Assembly: GCF_006345805.1 (NCBI RefSeq)
Contig: NC_042997.1
Span: 54,126,001 to 54,190,000, forward strand
Direction: 5' to 3'
DNA length: 64,000 nucleotides
Source: Octopus sinensis
Lineage: Eukaryota
Shown here: one piece after another, positions 38,016 to 51,286 of the stretch
Layout of the letters: every line of letters begins with the position of its first letter
Numbering within the stretch: the first letter of the stretch is position 1
Position numbers and translations under genes: made by a program
The notes under the pieces: generated by a model
Seen by the model: the letters and a program-made list of their open reading frames with translations, nothing else
Told to the model about the DNA's origin: nothing
The model's database searches: none

Positions 38016-39637
38016 ATACATACATACACACACAAACATATGTAAAGTACAGTTAAGTCAGCTGTCACTTGCTAGCAAGTATGGGTTGATAACATGTAGC
38101 ATGCTTCTGCTAATTGTTTTGGGTGCCTATGTAGTCGCAAGCTCCTTCACCTTTAATTCAGTAGAACATCCAAGTTGTAACATGTAGGAGGAGGGAGGTG
38201 AACTGCACCAGTACATGGTTGGGGCTCATTGCAACTGAGCTAGAGTGGAGAAATGTGAAATGAAATGCCTTGCTCAAGGATGCAATGCTCGAACAGAAAT
38301 TGAACACATAACCCTAAGATCATGAACCAAGAACTTTAGCAACTAGGCCACGTCTTCACATATGCATACACATACATACATACATGCATATATACCTGTA
38401 ATTATTGGGACACTAGGATATGTAACACACTTCCTAAATAACAATCTTGAGAAATTAGGCTTCTCAAAACCAGAAAGGAGGAAGCTGATTTAAAGACTAC
38501 AGATCCAAGCAATCACTGGAACTGTGAAAATATGTAAAAGTTACCTGAAGTTTATCATTTAAGTATATATGAGCATATCTAGGTATGGAAGTATATGCAT
38601 GAGAAGACATATATAAAACAAAACATACAAATCTGCATGTATACATACATACATACATACATACATACATACCCTGTTGATGTTGAAATTCTTATGAAGG
38701 AGCCTTGGATCTAGGTTAGAAACCAGTTCTTTATTGGCAAGAAATCTTGAAATAAAACCGAATAACGACATACATATATACAGACCTACAAAGAAGAAGG
38801 GGGTGGGGAGGAAGAGGAGAAGGAGGAGGAGGAGGAGGAGAGGAGGAGGAGGAGGGGGATATGGTAGTGGTGGTAGTGGTGGTAGTGGAATTAGTAGTGA
38901 AGTTGGAATTGGTGGTGACAGTAGAATCCGTAGTAGCAATCGTGGTGATGATTGGTGATGATGGAGACAATGGCATTGGCAATGATGTTACTGCTGCTGC
39001 TGCTGATGATGATGATGATATGATAATGATGACAATGATGATGATGGTGGTGGTGGTGGTGGTGGTGGTGGTGGTAACACAAACATAGACAAGTAGGTTT
39101 ACATCTATGCACTTACATACACAACTGAACATAAAATCTTGCATCAAACAAGCTGCTCATGTATTTTTAATTATTAACATTATTATTGCATAGCTGGATA
39201 CCAAGATTGTTTTACTTATTTTCTTCTTTTTTTTCTTTCTCTTTCCATTTAAAAAAATTTTTTTGTGTCAAGTTTTCTGACAATAACATCTGTTAATTCC
39301 CTTTAGGTCTCTCTTTAACTGCAGTTAAGTACCCAGGGAAAATATCAGATATGATTTTCCTGCCGGAATATGAATATTCCATTGTGAATGAGAGATGTTA
39401 ACCATCTCAATTAAGTAGATCATATGCAAAATGAAACGAAAGTAACTGTTATCATAATAGCCGAAATTTATGGTAAAGTGCTAATGTCTTGAGAAACTAT
39501 TTAATTCAGTCAAGTTTTCACACAACTAGCTTTCAGAGAATGATCTCTAAAATAATAAAACTAATAATATGTATCAAATATCAAATTGATGACATATGTT
39601 ATTCAAATGGTGCTTTATATCTGTGTATATGATTGCA

Positions 39638-39668
<31 letters not shown>

Positions 39669-39862
39669 ATGTGTATACAAAGATAAAAACACACACACAC
39701 ATATATATTACTAAACTTCATGCATATGAGTGTGTAAGTATTCATACAGACACACACATACACATGCACACATGCACAAACACACAGATGCAGATATAGC
39801 TATACACACAGGTGCACATGCATGCACATGTAAATAGGTAAATATGTATGAGAGATGCATAC

Positions 39863-39916
<54 letters not shown>

Positions 39917-40760
39917 ACATACATACACACACAAACATATGTAAAGTACAGTTAAGTCAGCTGTCACTTGCTAGCAAGTATGGGTTGATAACATGTAGCA
40001 TGCTTCTGCTAATTGTTTTGGGTGCCTATGTAGTCGCAAGCTCCTTCACCTTTAATTCAGTAGAACATCCAAGTTGTAACATGTAGGAGGAGGGAGGTGA
40101 ACTGCACCAGTACATGGTTGGGGCTCATTGCAACTGAGCTAGAGTGGAGAAATGTGAAATGAAATGCCTTGCTCAAGGATGCAATGCTCGAACAGAAATT
40201 GAACACATAACCCTAAGATCATGAACCAAGAACTTTAGCAACTAGGCCACATGTCTTCACATATGCATACACATACATACATACATGCATATATACCTGT
40301 AATTATTGGGACACTAGGATATGTAACACACTTCCTAAATAACAATCTTGAGAAATTAGGCTTCTCAAAACCAGAAAGGAGGAAGCTGATTTAAAGACTA
40401 CAGATCCAAGCCATCACTGGAACTGTGAAAATATGTAAAAGTTACCTGAAGTTTATCATTTAAGTATATATGAGCATATCTAGGTATGGAAGTATATGCA
40501 TGAGAAGACATATATAAAACAAAACATACAAATCTGCATGTATACATACATACATACATACATACATACATACCCTGTTGATGTTGAAATTCTTATGAAG
40601 GAGCCTTGGATCTAGGTTAGAAACCAGTTCTTTATTGGCAAGAAATCTTGAAATAAAACCGAATAACGACATACATATATACAGACCTACAAAGAAGAAG
40701 GGGGTGGGGAGGAAGAGGAGAAGGAGGAGGAGGAGGAGGAGGAGGAGGAGGAGGAGGAGG
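36929..40760 (+). repeat. Near-identical tandem duplication, unit ~1.9 kb
   Basis: GGGATATGGT at 36951 and 38856; copies differ mainly in microsatellite length and a few bases; junctions in (GGA)n. Confidence 0.95.
38395..38768 (+). mobile_element. R4/Dong-like (RLE) non-LTR 3' fragment; duplicate at 40296-40668
   Basis: PVIIGTLGYVT...LEKLGF...LQIQAITGTVKICK then 3' UTR ending GAAATAAAACCGAATAA. Confidence 0.65.
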
Positions 40761-41731
40761 AGGAGAAGAAGAAGAAGAGAAGAAGAAGAAGAGAAGAAGA
40801 AGAAGAAGAAGAAGAAAACACTATAAAGTTACAGGAAGAGACAACATAGTTAAAATATTCATTTAAGTTATTGACTTTAAATGAGTAGGTGGTGGAGGAA
40901 AAGTTTGGTGCAATATTTCATATATCCAAATATTTTAAATATTCAAATATCATTTAAACTCACACATTTATACATATACATATCAATGCAATCAAACAGT
41001 TGTATTAATACAGTATATAAATAATGTTTTAGTGGTTAAAATAGAAATACAACGTATCACCTAAGATTCAAACTGTATAGCTAATATTATATTAAGCTTT
41101 TAAACAAAGAATATTCTTAGCTTAATGCACTAAAATATGATTTTTTTCAAAACTGACTTTTTATAAAACTGGCACCTAACTGCCAAAAATTAAACTATTT
41201 GCTCTAATAATCAAATTATCATCTTTTGTCATCATTTTAACAGCTAATGTTCTATGCAGGCATAGGTTGGTTCAGTCTGCAGTGCGGCCTAATACAAATT
41301 TTGCTGGGTACTTTCTGTTGTTGGTTTACATCCCTTGTTACCTAACAGATGTTATCCATTAGAAAATTCTTAAATTTACCATAAATTAACATCACTCTTT
41401 TGAATTTAAAACATAGCAAAAGAAAAAAAAGAAAAAATAAGATGTTGAAAATTATGTTAAAAAGCAACTCATGTGCTTTATTCACCCATTATTTATTTGA
41501 ATAATGACCCCTCTCCCTTCTACATACACATCAGCTAATTCAATAAATACATTTCTTCTGTTCTAAAAGACAATTGTCAAATGATAATATATTTTTTTAA
41601 CTGAAGCAACATTGTCATATATTAAGACTTTCATTCATGAGTAAACTATAGCATTTAGCTAGGGACAATAAAGAAATCAAATATGTACTGAGTGAATAAA
41701 TAAACAGATAAATCAATAAACATGCTATTTG

Positions 41732-42148
41732 CTCTTTTGTTACCATATTTTGCCTTTGTTTCAATTAATGTTGAAAATAATGGAGAATTTAGTAAAAAAA
41801 ACTTTGTCTTTCTTCTGGTATTTTGAACATTATTTGATGTGAAATTATAATGGAAGAATTTTATCACTTTAAAGATGGAAATTTATATCAAGAACAACCT
41901 CAGGTTGATTGGCATCAAAAGGGTTAACCCTTTTGATACCAACCCGGCCAAAACCGCCTCTGGCTCTGTGGTGCAAATGTCTTACTTTCATAAGTATTGA
42001 ATTAAAATCTTCTACCAAACCTTAGTCACAATTTATGTTCCCAACACTAGCTTAATGATAACTAAGTTCTTTTACTAAATTCTTTGTTATATTTAAAGTA
42101 ATTGAAAGAAACACAAAGCATCTCAAAATAAATACGGTAACGAAAGGG
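41732..42148. mobile_element. Two inverted copies of a piggyBac-like MITE (P2) sharing one TTAA
   Basis: ATCAAAAGGG-TTAA-CCCTTTTGAT at 41914-41937; outer ends CTCTTTTGTTACC / GGTAACGAAAGGG. Confidence 0.75.
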
Positions 42149-42441
42149 TAGGCAGTGAATTGACAGAATCATTAAAGGACCAAATACAACACATTAGGGT
42201 ATTTGTTCTAGCTTCCTGGCCTCTGAGTTCAAATCCCACTAAAATCAACATTGTCTTTCAACTCTCTGAGGTTGATAAATAATGTACCAATCAAGTAGTG
42301 GGGTTAATTTCCATTTTTGATTGGAATTGGTTATGGACTGGTGGAGAAGAGATGCCGCTAAAAACCTGTTCTTATTAGACTAGGTCTTTGACAGAATCCA
42401 CAAAGACAGGCACCAGCAAATTAAGCAACAACCCTAGACGG

Positions 42442-42489
<48 letters not shown>

Positions 42490-42493
<4 letters not shown>

Positions 42494-42919
42494 TATATAT
42501 ATAAACGGCAGTTTGTCTGTCTGTGTGTCTGTGTGTCTGTCAGGTTGTACCCTCACCCTGACCACGGCTTTCAACCGATTCTGATGAAACTTGACACACA
42601 CATAGCCCAATGTCATAATTCAAAACTAACACAGCGAAAATTTTGAAAAGTTCTCCCAGTTCTGAAAAAAATACGATAAATTCGACATGGGGTCGAGAAT
42701 CTAAGCTTTTTATATGCAACACATTTTCTGTCTAGGGGACACAACTCGACAGCTAGGGACAGCTAGGAACATCGTATACACAGAAGTATTCGAGTGAAGA
42801 GAAGACATTGCAACCTACACATGCGCCTTCGTTCCCTAGAGGGAAAGGACTAGATTGGGATCAGTCGTTGCCTACTAGGGGCTCTTACATACCCGGGAAA
42901 CGCCGGGCTATGCTGCTAG
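42490..42919 (+). mobile_element. Non-autonomous Helitron
   Basis: (TA)-rich start, (GTCT)n, subterminal hairpin CCCGG-GAAACG-CCGGG (42892-42907), CTAG|T terminus. Confidence 0.82.
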
Positions 42920-42924
42920 TATAT

Positions 42925-43360
42925 ATATAAAACACAAAGTAAGTTAGGGGTTATGGGTATAACCCACTAAGGGATAGTATTTATCCAATATACTGTTGGT
43001 AAAGTACCCAGATTCTTAATACATAAATGTTTTTAATTGCAATGCAATTAACTTATTTATTGTATTAAACGAGTGAAGGTAAAGAAATATTTTACTGTTA
43101 ATTTATAATACAAATAAGAAAATGGAGAAACAAATTTAGTTTGTTCAACTTTCAGATATTAGAATGTTAGATTATTTATTCCTTTAACAAAATGAGAACC
43201 TCAATAGCATACATATATATCTTATAATTCAAATAAGATATATATGTATGCTATTAAGGTTCTCATTTTGTTAAATGAATAAAGAATCCAACATTCTAAT
43301 ATCTGAAAGTTGATGAACAATCTAAATTTGTTTCTCCATTTTCTTATTTGTATTATATAT
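42925..43360. repeat. (TA)n-embedded repeat ending in a ~255-bp palindrome (43103-43358); related copy at 47600-47875
   Basis: Arms ATACAAATAAGAAAATGGAGAAAC... / ...GTTTCTCCATTTTCTTATTTGTAT; TATCCAATATACTG..AAGTACCCA shared with the 47600 copy. Confidence 0.85.
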
Positions 43361-44321
43361 ATCTTTTTCTTGTTTCAGTCATTAGACTGTGGCCATACTG
43401 GGGCATATATGTTGCTATAGAAATAGGGTAGCTGAAGGTAGCAGTGATGTTGCTGCTTCTACTGCTTAGTCCTAGACCAGTCCCAATTAATCAATGATCA
43501 AGATCATTCCATTTATTTTATCCAGATATAAATATATAAATCATATGTGTAAATATATAATTATTCAAACTACTCTTTGTTTCCTGAGATGAAAGAGATT
43601 GGGCTGCTTTTTCAAGCAGACCAAATGACCACATAGAGGCACCTTCATTGACTTAGTGGTGGTAAATCTATCTGTTTAGAGAGATGCATTGTTAAGAAAC
43701 CTGATCATGTCCTTTACGATCTGTTATCTTAATTTATTCACCTTGCCAATTCATTCTAATATCAGATTGACAGCCATGCTTCCTCTTCTCACAGGGAACT
43801 AAATTAAAGCAAGAAAAACATGATCTCACAGATTAGATGATTTCTAGGAAATTCCAACCTGTCTCACTTCATGTAATCTCTCATACATAAAACATTCTTG
43901 ATTAGGACCTTTTGAGTCATGTTCTTCCACAGACAACATACCTTTGTGCACCATTAGCATAATGTTTATTTCTATAAATGTCATCAAGTTTCTGCTGCCT
44001 TTTTAAACCTTTCTCTCTTTCTTTTACATTCAAAATTTCCTTCCTCACAATCATGCTATGGCTGCATTCTTATTTCCTCTATCCCTTTTACATTTCAGGT
44101 CTTTCATTTTTGGAAATCTGCATTTCGAGATATATTTCAAATTAATACAGACTATGGAACCTGATGTGGCCCTTGACCTTGCCAGCACCTGTAAAGCCAT
44201 CCAAACAAATGTCAGGATGGAAAATGGATGTTAAATGACATGATATCAAGACAAGGAGCCACAAAGACATACACATGCATGCACATGCACACACACACAC
44301 ACACACATGTATGCATGCACG

Positions 44322-44377
<56 letters not shown>

Positions 44378-44389
44378 TGCACACACATA

Positions 44390-44535
44390 CAACAGGCTTC
44401 TTTCAGTCTACCAAATCCACAAACAAGGCTTTGGTCAGCCTGGTGGTACAGTAGAAGATACTTGTCCAAGTTGCAATGCAGCAGGACTGAACCGAAAACT
44501 ATATGGTTGAGAAGTGAATTTCTTAACCACACAGC
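44390..44535 (-). mobile_element. SINE family A head/core, old
   Basis: Diverged reverse complement. Confidence 0.7.
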
Positions 44536-45939
44536 TAAGCTGGTGTCTGTATAAATAAGTACCAGTTACACACTGGGGTTGATATAATCGACTTAATCCG
44601 TTTACCTGTCCTTGTTTGTTGTCGCCTCTGTGTGTAGCCCCTTGTGGACAGTAAAGAAATAGGTATATGTATATATCTAAAAAAAGAATGGTTTCAACAT
44701 TGTCATAGATATTTTAGGGGAGAGGAAGAATACAAACACACACACACACACATGTGTGTATATTTCAGTTTGTATGACTAATCTATGGTTAGAGAATGGT
44801 AACCGGTTCAATAATCTGTATTAATATGTATGGTTTGGAGTGATCTGGGAAGCAAAAGATGACTACCAAACCACCTTAGATATTTGATATGTGTATGAGT
44901 GCCATTAATGAGATCAGAACTTTTGATAGATATAGAGCCATTCAACTTTTAACAGTCTGAGAGAAATGAAAATGGTACTGGGCATGAATGATAGTTGGAA
45001 GTTGAAGTGAAAAAGATCCTCTGAGATTTAAAAGGGAAGATCTGAGCATGAATGGTCGTTGGATGTACAAGTCTATAAGTTGTTTATGTTTTTAGAGGGA
45101 CAACATGAACAGATTTTAATATACTTTTAGAACTCACTGGAATAGTGCAGAGGTATCAGGTGAATATAAGAGTGCATAAGAACAATTTATCATGTTCTTA
45201 CAATTTTGATTAATTAATAAATTAATGAGGACCAAGTGCAACTAAGTAAATTGTATTTAAATAGAACATTAATTAGATTAAAAGATCAGTTAGTATAGAA
45301 TGTCCATGTAATATGGTTGCTGGCCGCAGAGAATATAAATCAGCTCAAATGGAAAAAGTAGACAGGGACCCAGTCTCTGATAGTTTAACGTCATGTATCA
45401 TTAGAAACCAAATTACAGAATAAATTAAGGAAAACAAGAGCGGAAATGTTAAATAGAAGTTTAGAAGCGGAGTGAGTTGATAGGTTAATGAAATTTTTGA
45501 ATATCACAGCACCATTGAAGTAGAAGTGGCAAAAATGACTTTAGTCTGTTTAGATCCTACCAAATAGGAATACTATATCATTAGATCTAAGATGTGTATG
45601 CTAAAACTGAAGGGATGATAAATGGTTTGTTGGAATTAAGAGCTAGTGAACAGCTCAGTGCAGATTGAGGAGTTTGTTGGGATAGGTGAGCCAACAACAG
45701 TTAAATCTACAGACTGCAGTTGCTGACACCAAAAGCAGAACTATAAGATGAAAATTGATGAATGTTTATTTCAATAACCTCTCACTGAGAGTCAGTGGCA
45801 CACACTACAAATTTCATTCATATATATTACATATATTCATCTTCAGTTGGCCAATATGCACTGCAACTAATAACTATAACATTCTGTATTGCCTGATCCA
45901 AAGCGTGTTGTTTTTCTCAATCAATTATAACCACTACTG

Positions 45940-46540
45940 CACATTGGTGTTACCCTGAGGCTTGGCCTCTGATCCATGAACCTCACAAATGCTGCTGCAG
46001 ATCCACAGTGGATTCTTTCAATCTGCACCCATTGTCATGTCCCTATAGTGCTGGATGTCTTTCATGCCATGCCACCCTTAACAAAATCACAAAACATGGC
46101 CTAAACACCACAAGTTTCCCTTCCCAGCTCAAGCCAGTGGAGCTAGACCAAGAGGATGGTAAAAGGCCCAACAGTATGACAATTTTTCTATTTTTTGGTG
46201 ACATGCCTCTCATCTGGGATGCCACATGCTGTGAACACCTTCTCCAGCAGCAATTTGGTATGTTCAGCTACCAGCCCAGGCTCCACTGCTAGTCAGGCTG
46301 AGAAGAGCAAACTGTCAAAATATCAGTTGCTCTCTGATAGGTTTATGGTTAAGCCTGTGGCTGTGGAGACCGGTGTTCTCAACCTCACTGGATCATATTC
46401 CTGCTCACTGCTATCAGGGCAGAGCTGACTATCTGCAAGTGTGAACCCCATAAGTCAGAGTCACTGTTCCAGTGAATCTTCCTCATCGTCCTCCAGGGCA
46501 ATACCTTTTCCATTTTGTCTGCTGGGACCATGAGGTGGTC
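45940..46540 (+). pseudogene. CRE-like non-LTR retrotransposon restriction-like endonuclease fragment
   Basis: LHPLSC..AG..H..LN...DGKRPN.MT...LIWDATC...AEKSKLSKY..L...PVAVETG; frameshifted. Confidence 0.75.
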
Positions 46541-47007
46541 TGAATTACGGGAAATGGAGAGAATGAAAGAATTTTGTAGCTTATTACCTGTTGTTGGCCA
46601 TTTTATAATAAATTATTATTGTAGTAGTTTTTTGTCAGAACCAAAACTAAATGTACTACACTAAATGTTTCAGAATTTAGTTTCCATCTCTTTTCATCTT
46701 GATTTGAATTCTACTTTGTTGTTCTAACTAATTAACAAATAAGTGCCTGTAATATAATGGAATCAACTATACTTACACACCCTACAAATTTGTGCCTTTG
46801 TATAAAATCAGGTAGAGTAGCAAAATCAACAAGATATTTGTATGAATTTGTTAATAAATGAGTAACACTTGATTTATATCTTAAGACTTCATGCTAATTT
46901 CACTAATTAATATTTATCCAAGGAATTCAAGTTCAGCGAGTGAGATAAACACACGCACACATGTATATATATATATACTTATATTCATATAAGCTTGAGT
47001 ATGTGTG

Positions 47008-47030
47008 TAGATAGATAGATGGATAGATAA

Positions 47031-47088
<58 letters not shown>

Positions 47089-47089
47089 G

Positions 47090-47186
<97 letters not shown>

Positions 47187-47292
47187 GTGGGTGGATGGAT
47201 GGATGGATGGATGGGTGGATGGGTGGATGGATGGAGACAGACAGACAAGCATACGGACGGACAGACAGACAGATAGACAGACAGGCAGACAG
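47008..47292. repeat. Compound (GATA/GACA/GGAT)n microsatellite
   Basis: Seen directly. Confidence 0.95.
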
Positions 47293-47402
47293 AAATATGG
47301 GAAGTACAAAAGGAAATAATGTCCACACACACTAGCAGAGCACTGATTTCAAAATAGGAAATAGAAATATGGGAAATGCTATAAGTGTGGGAAATATTAC
47401 AC

Positions 47403-47439
<37 letters not shown>

Positions 47440-47870
47440 TATAAATGTGTGTGTAAGCACATATTCATCCATATTGATGCATATATGTATATACATATAT
47501 CTATATATTTATATCATAATTCATCATCATTTAAAATCTTTTTACCATGCTGGCATCAATATATGTAAATGCATATATATATATATATATATATATATAC
47601 AAATTGAGATAGGGGTTGTAAATGCAACCCTCCATGGGATAACATATATCCAATATACTGCTAGTGAAGTACCCAACAAAGTTAATACATAAATGTTAAG
47701 AATTGCGATGCAATTAATTCATTTACTGTATTATATGGGCAAAGGCAAAATGTATACATACACCATATCCATTCATAGAGATTCTTATGTGGTGGTTTAA
47801 TAAAGTATGTGATTGGGTATTATCTGGTAATTGATATTTGATTTGGATGTATTTCTCCATTTTCTTATTT

Positions 47871-47984
<114 letters not shown>

Positions 47985-48259
47985 AAAAGGATGGTTGAAT
48001 GGCTAAAAAGTTCCTTTTGCAATCATAAAGTCACAGGTTCAATTCCAGTACACAGAATCTTTTACCATAGCCTTAAGTCAGCCCCAAGAATGTGGATCCT
48101 CATTGGAGGATCTCTAATTACAATTCAAAGAGTCAGACTGTCTCCTTGAGAACATTGTTAAGAGTACATATGATTTTGAAATTCTCACAGCATAATTCAA
48201 TGAACAATTAAAATATTCATCACTGAAACCTATGGAGGTCTACTTTATATATATATATA

Positions 48260-48292
<33 letters not shown>

Positions 48293-48299
48293 CTTTTAT

Positions 48300-48528
48300 T
48301 TTTTATCCTTTACATGTTTCAGTCATTAGACTACAGCCATGCTGGGGCACTGCCTTGAAGAATTTTTTTTTTTCTAAGCCTGGCACTTGTTTTATTGCCC
48401 ACTTTTGCCGAACTGTTAAGTTATGGAAACAAGCACACTAAGACTGGTTGTCAAGCAGTGGTTGGGGTCAAACACAGACACAAAGACACATACGCGCGTG
48501 TGCACACACACACACACACACAAACACA

Positions 48529-48571
<43 letters not shown>

Positions 48572-49140
48572 GCATGTGTACACCAGGCTTCTTTTGGTTT
48601 CCACCTACCAAATCCACTTGCCAAAGGTGTCACACAATGGGAGTGAACCAAAAACCTTCTGGTTGTGAAGCAAGCTTCTTACCACAACATCTACACCTGC
48701 ACCTATATATATATATATATACACACACACGCATAGGCTGTGTGGTAAGTAGCTTGCTAACCAACCACATGGTTCCGGGTTCAGTCCCACTGCGTGGCAT
48801 CTTGGGCAAGTGTCTTCTGCTATAGCCCCAGGCTGACCAATGCCTTGTGAGTGGATTTGGTAGACGGAAACTGAAAGAAGCCTGTCGTATATATGTATAT
48901 ATATATATGTATGTGTGTGTGTGTTTGTGTGTCTGTATTTGTCCCACTAGCATTGCTTGACAACCGATGCTGGTGTCTCTATGTCCCCATCACTTAACGG
49001 TTCGGCAAAAGAGACCGATAGAATAAGTACTGGGCTTACAAAGAATAAGTCCCGGGTCGATTTGCTCGACTAAAGGCAGTACTCCAGCATGGCCGCAGTC
49101 AAATGACTGAATCAAGTAAAAGAGTAAAGAGTAAAGAGTA
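48300..49140. mobile_element. Head-to-head pair of SINE A copies (48300-48703 minus, 48733-49140 plus)
   Basis: Two family A copies in opposite orientation about 30 bp apart. Confidence 0.85.
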
Positions 49141-51286
49141 TACACAGAGAGGCATGGCTTTATGATTAAGAAGTTAGCTTCCCAACGGCATGGTTCTTGC
49201 AGAGCCAACTTAGCAGGAATTATAAGCCCCTAGACAAATCAAAGCACTGGACCTGATAATATTTATTTGTTGACAGCAAGCTACACCATACATAAATCAG
49301 AAGCGGACCCCCACACTCATGTCACCTCTGGTCAACTGCTCAATGTGCCCATGCCTTAAGATGTCACTGGGTTCCTAGTTCAACCACACCATGTGACACC
49401 TTGGACAAGTGTCTTCTACTAGAACTCTAGGCTGACCAAATCTCTATGAATGGATATGGTGTATGTATACACACGCACAGAGGTATATAATAATCAAGTG
49501 GAAGTCAATTGTCAAGTGGAGATCAAAACAATTTTGGCACTTTTCCAACAGAGTTCATCCTCTGACCATTGCCTCCATAATACCATGCTTTTTCACTTCC
49601 AGTCATCTATATAGTCACCTTATCAAACCATGTCTTAGTAACGAAAACACACTCATGTGATGCCATATAACAGCACTCGTGTGGTACCACATAAAAGTAC
49701 ACAGGACACGCTGTAAAGAGGGTGGCATTAGGAAGGGCATCCAGCTAGAGAAACCATTCCAAATGAGACTGGTGCAGCTCCCCAGATTGCCAGCTCTAAT
49801 GAAACCATCCAACCCATGCCAGCATAGACAATGGAAATTAAATGATGATGATGATATATATATATATATATATATACTCTCATAAGTACATGCACAAGAT
49901 GGGAACAAATTCTAAAAGCAGCTTCCAGAACTAGATAATCCATGTGCTCCCACCAACTAATGGATTATCTACCTTCATAGAGGAGGAGAATAAAATTACT
50001 TTATATACTAATAATAAGTTATGTGTATGTATGTAATCAGTAAAGTTGGGAACAATACCATCATTTACTTGTAAGATAACTTCTTTTGAGTCAATGCCCG
50101 CCATGTAATGTCACATTTAGAATGTTATACTTTTGCAATCCAATAGGAAGAGATATCCACAAAATATTCAATAAACATAAATGATGGCAAATCCCTTAAA
50201 TCTCCAAGATGTTATTGAAATGTTAATTGTATCACATTTCTACTGAAGACATAACACACATTTAGCAGCAACCCTAAAATGTCATGAAGATAAAACTGTC
50301 TAATGCAGTATAAGTTTCTTGCTAAAACAATATACAATGCCACCCGTAGGGTGACATTGTATATTGTTACTGTTGGGGTAAGTATAAAAAATACTACAGA
50401 TGTCAAGTACATCCACACATTGCAACACAAAAAATATAAATGGAACATACTCACGAAAACCACCCCCATAATACAATCACAACAGAGTTAACATAGAAAC
50501 AGAAAACAAACATAAAGAAAAAAAACACATTGTTGTGGAAGTCAGATGGTAAATAGATGTTAATATGATATGTAAAATCTGTGAGAAAGAAAACCTACAC
50601 CTCTTTGAAATCAACAACTTTTTTCACACTGATCATATATTCACGTTCATATTTGTAATTAGTATTCTAATGCTTTTATGTGCTTTAAATGATAATCTTT
50701 GCAAGTTGTGGTTTCCAAACACATAAATAGACTATCTAAGACCATGTATTCTATAAATCCAACCAGTAAATAAATATAAGTTTTCTAAAGTTTAGAATAG
50801 GACTCTATACATTGTTGTTGTCTAAATTCCAATGATAGAGCTTTGCTTCATAGTTTGGAACCAACATCTTGTTTATGAGATATCTCAGAAAATTTTTATT
50901 AAAAGATCTCACAAAACACGTCCATACACACACATAAGTGGCATTAAGAAATTGTTCATTGTCACTTAGCCACATGTGACAACAGAATGATAGAATGATG
51001 TTGATGCATCTCTCAAGAACATTCACATCACAACTGAAGTGAATTCTCTTCAACAAAGAATTGTAACAAGATTGATAGATTTGCTCACTTAATGCATAAT
51101 TTATTCTCTAGCACTCTGCATTATGATTTGGATCATCGATCTTTCTCAGTTGATACTGGTATCAGCATTTCTGGTACCTCTTAATATATTATCATTGATG
51201 AAGATGCTTGAAACATTCCAGTGTCACATAAATCAATCTTTTAAAATCAAAAATCATTACTTGAAATGAAAATCAGAAATCATATA

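Noticed and set aside
42579-42592. CTGATGAAAC as a hammerhead core
   Set aside because: No helix II between CTGATGA and GAAA; it is part of the Helitron body
51089-51259. Possible minus-strand non-coding exon (ttcaag| ... |gtgagc)
   Set aside because: Splice-like signals alone in AT-rich DNA, closed frames; too weak to call
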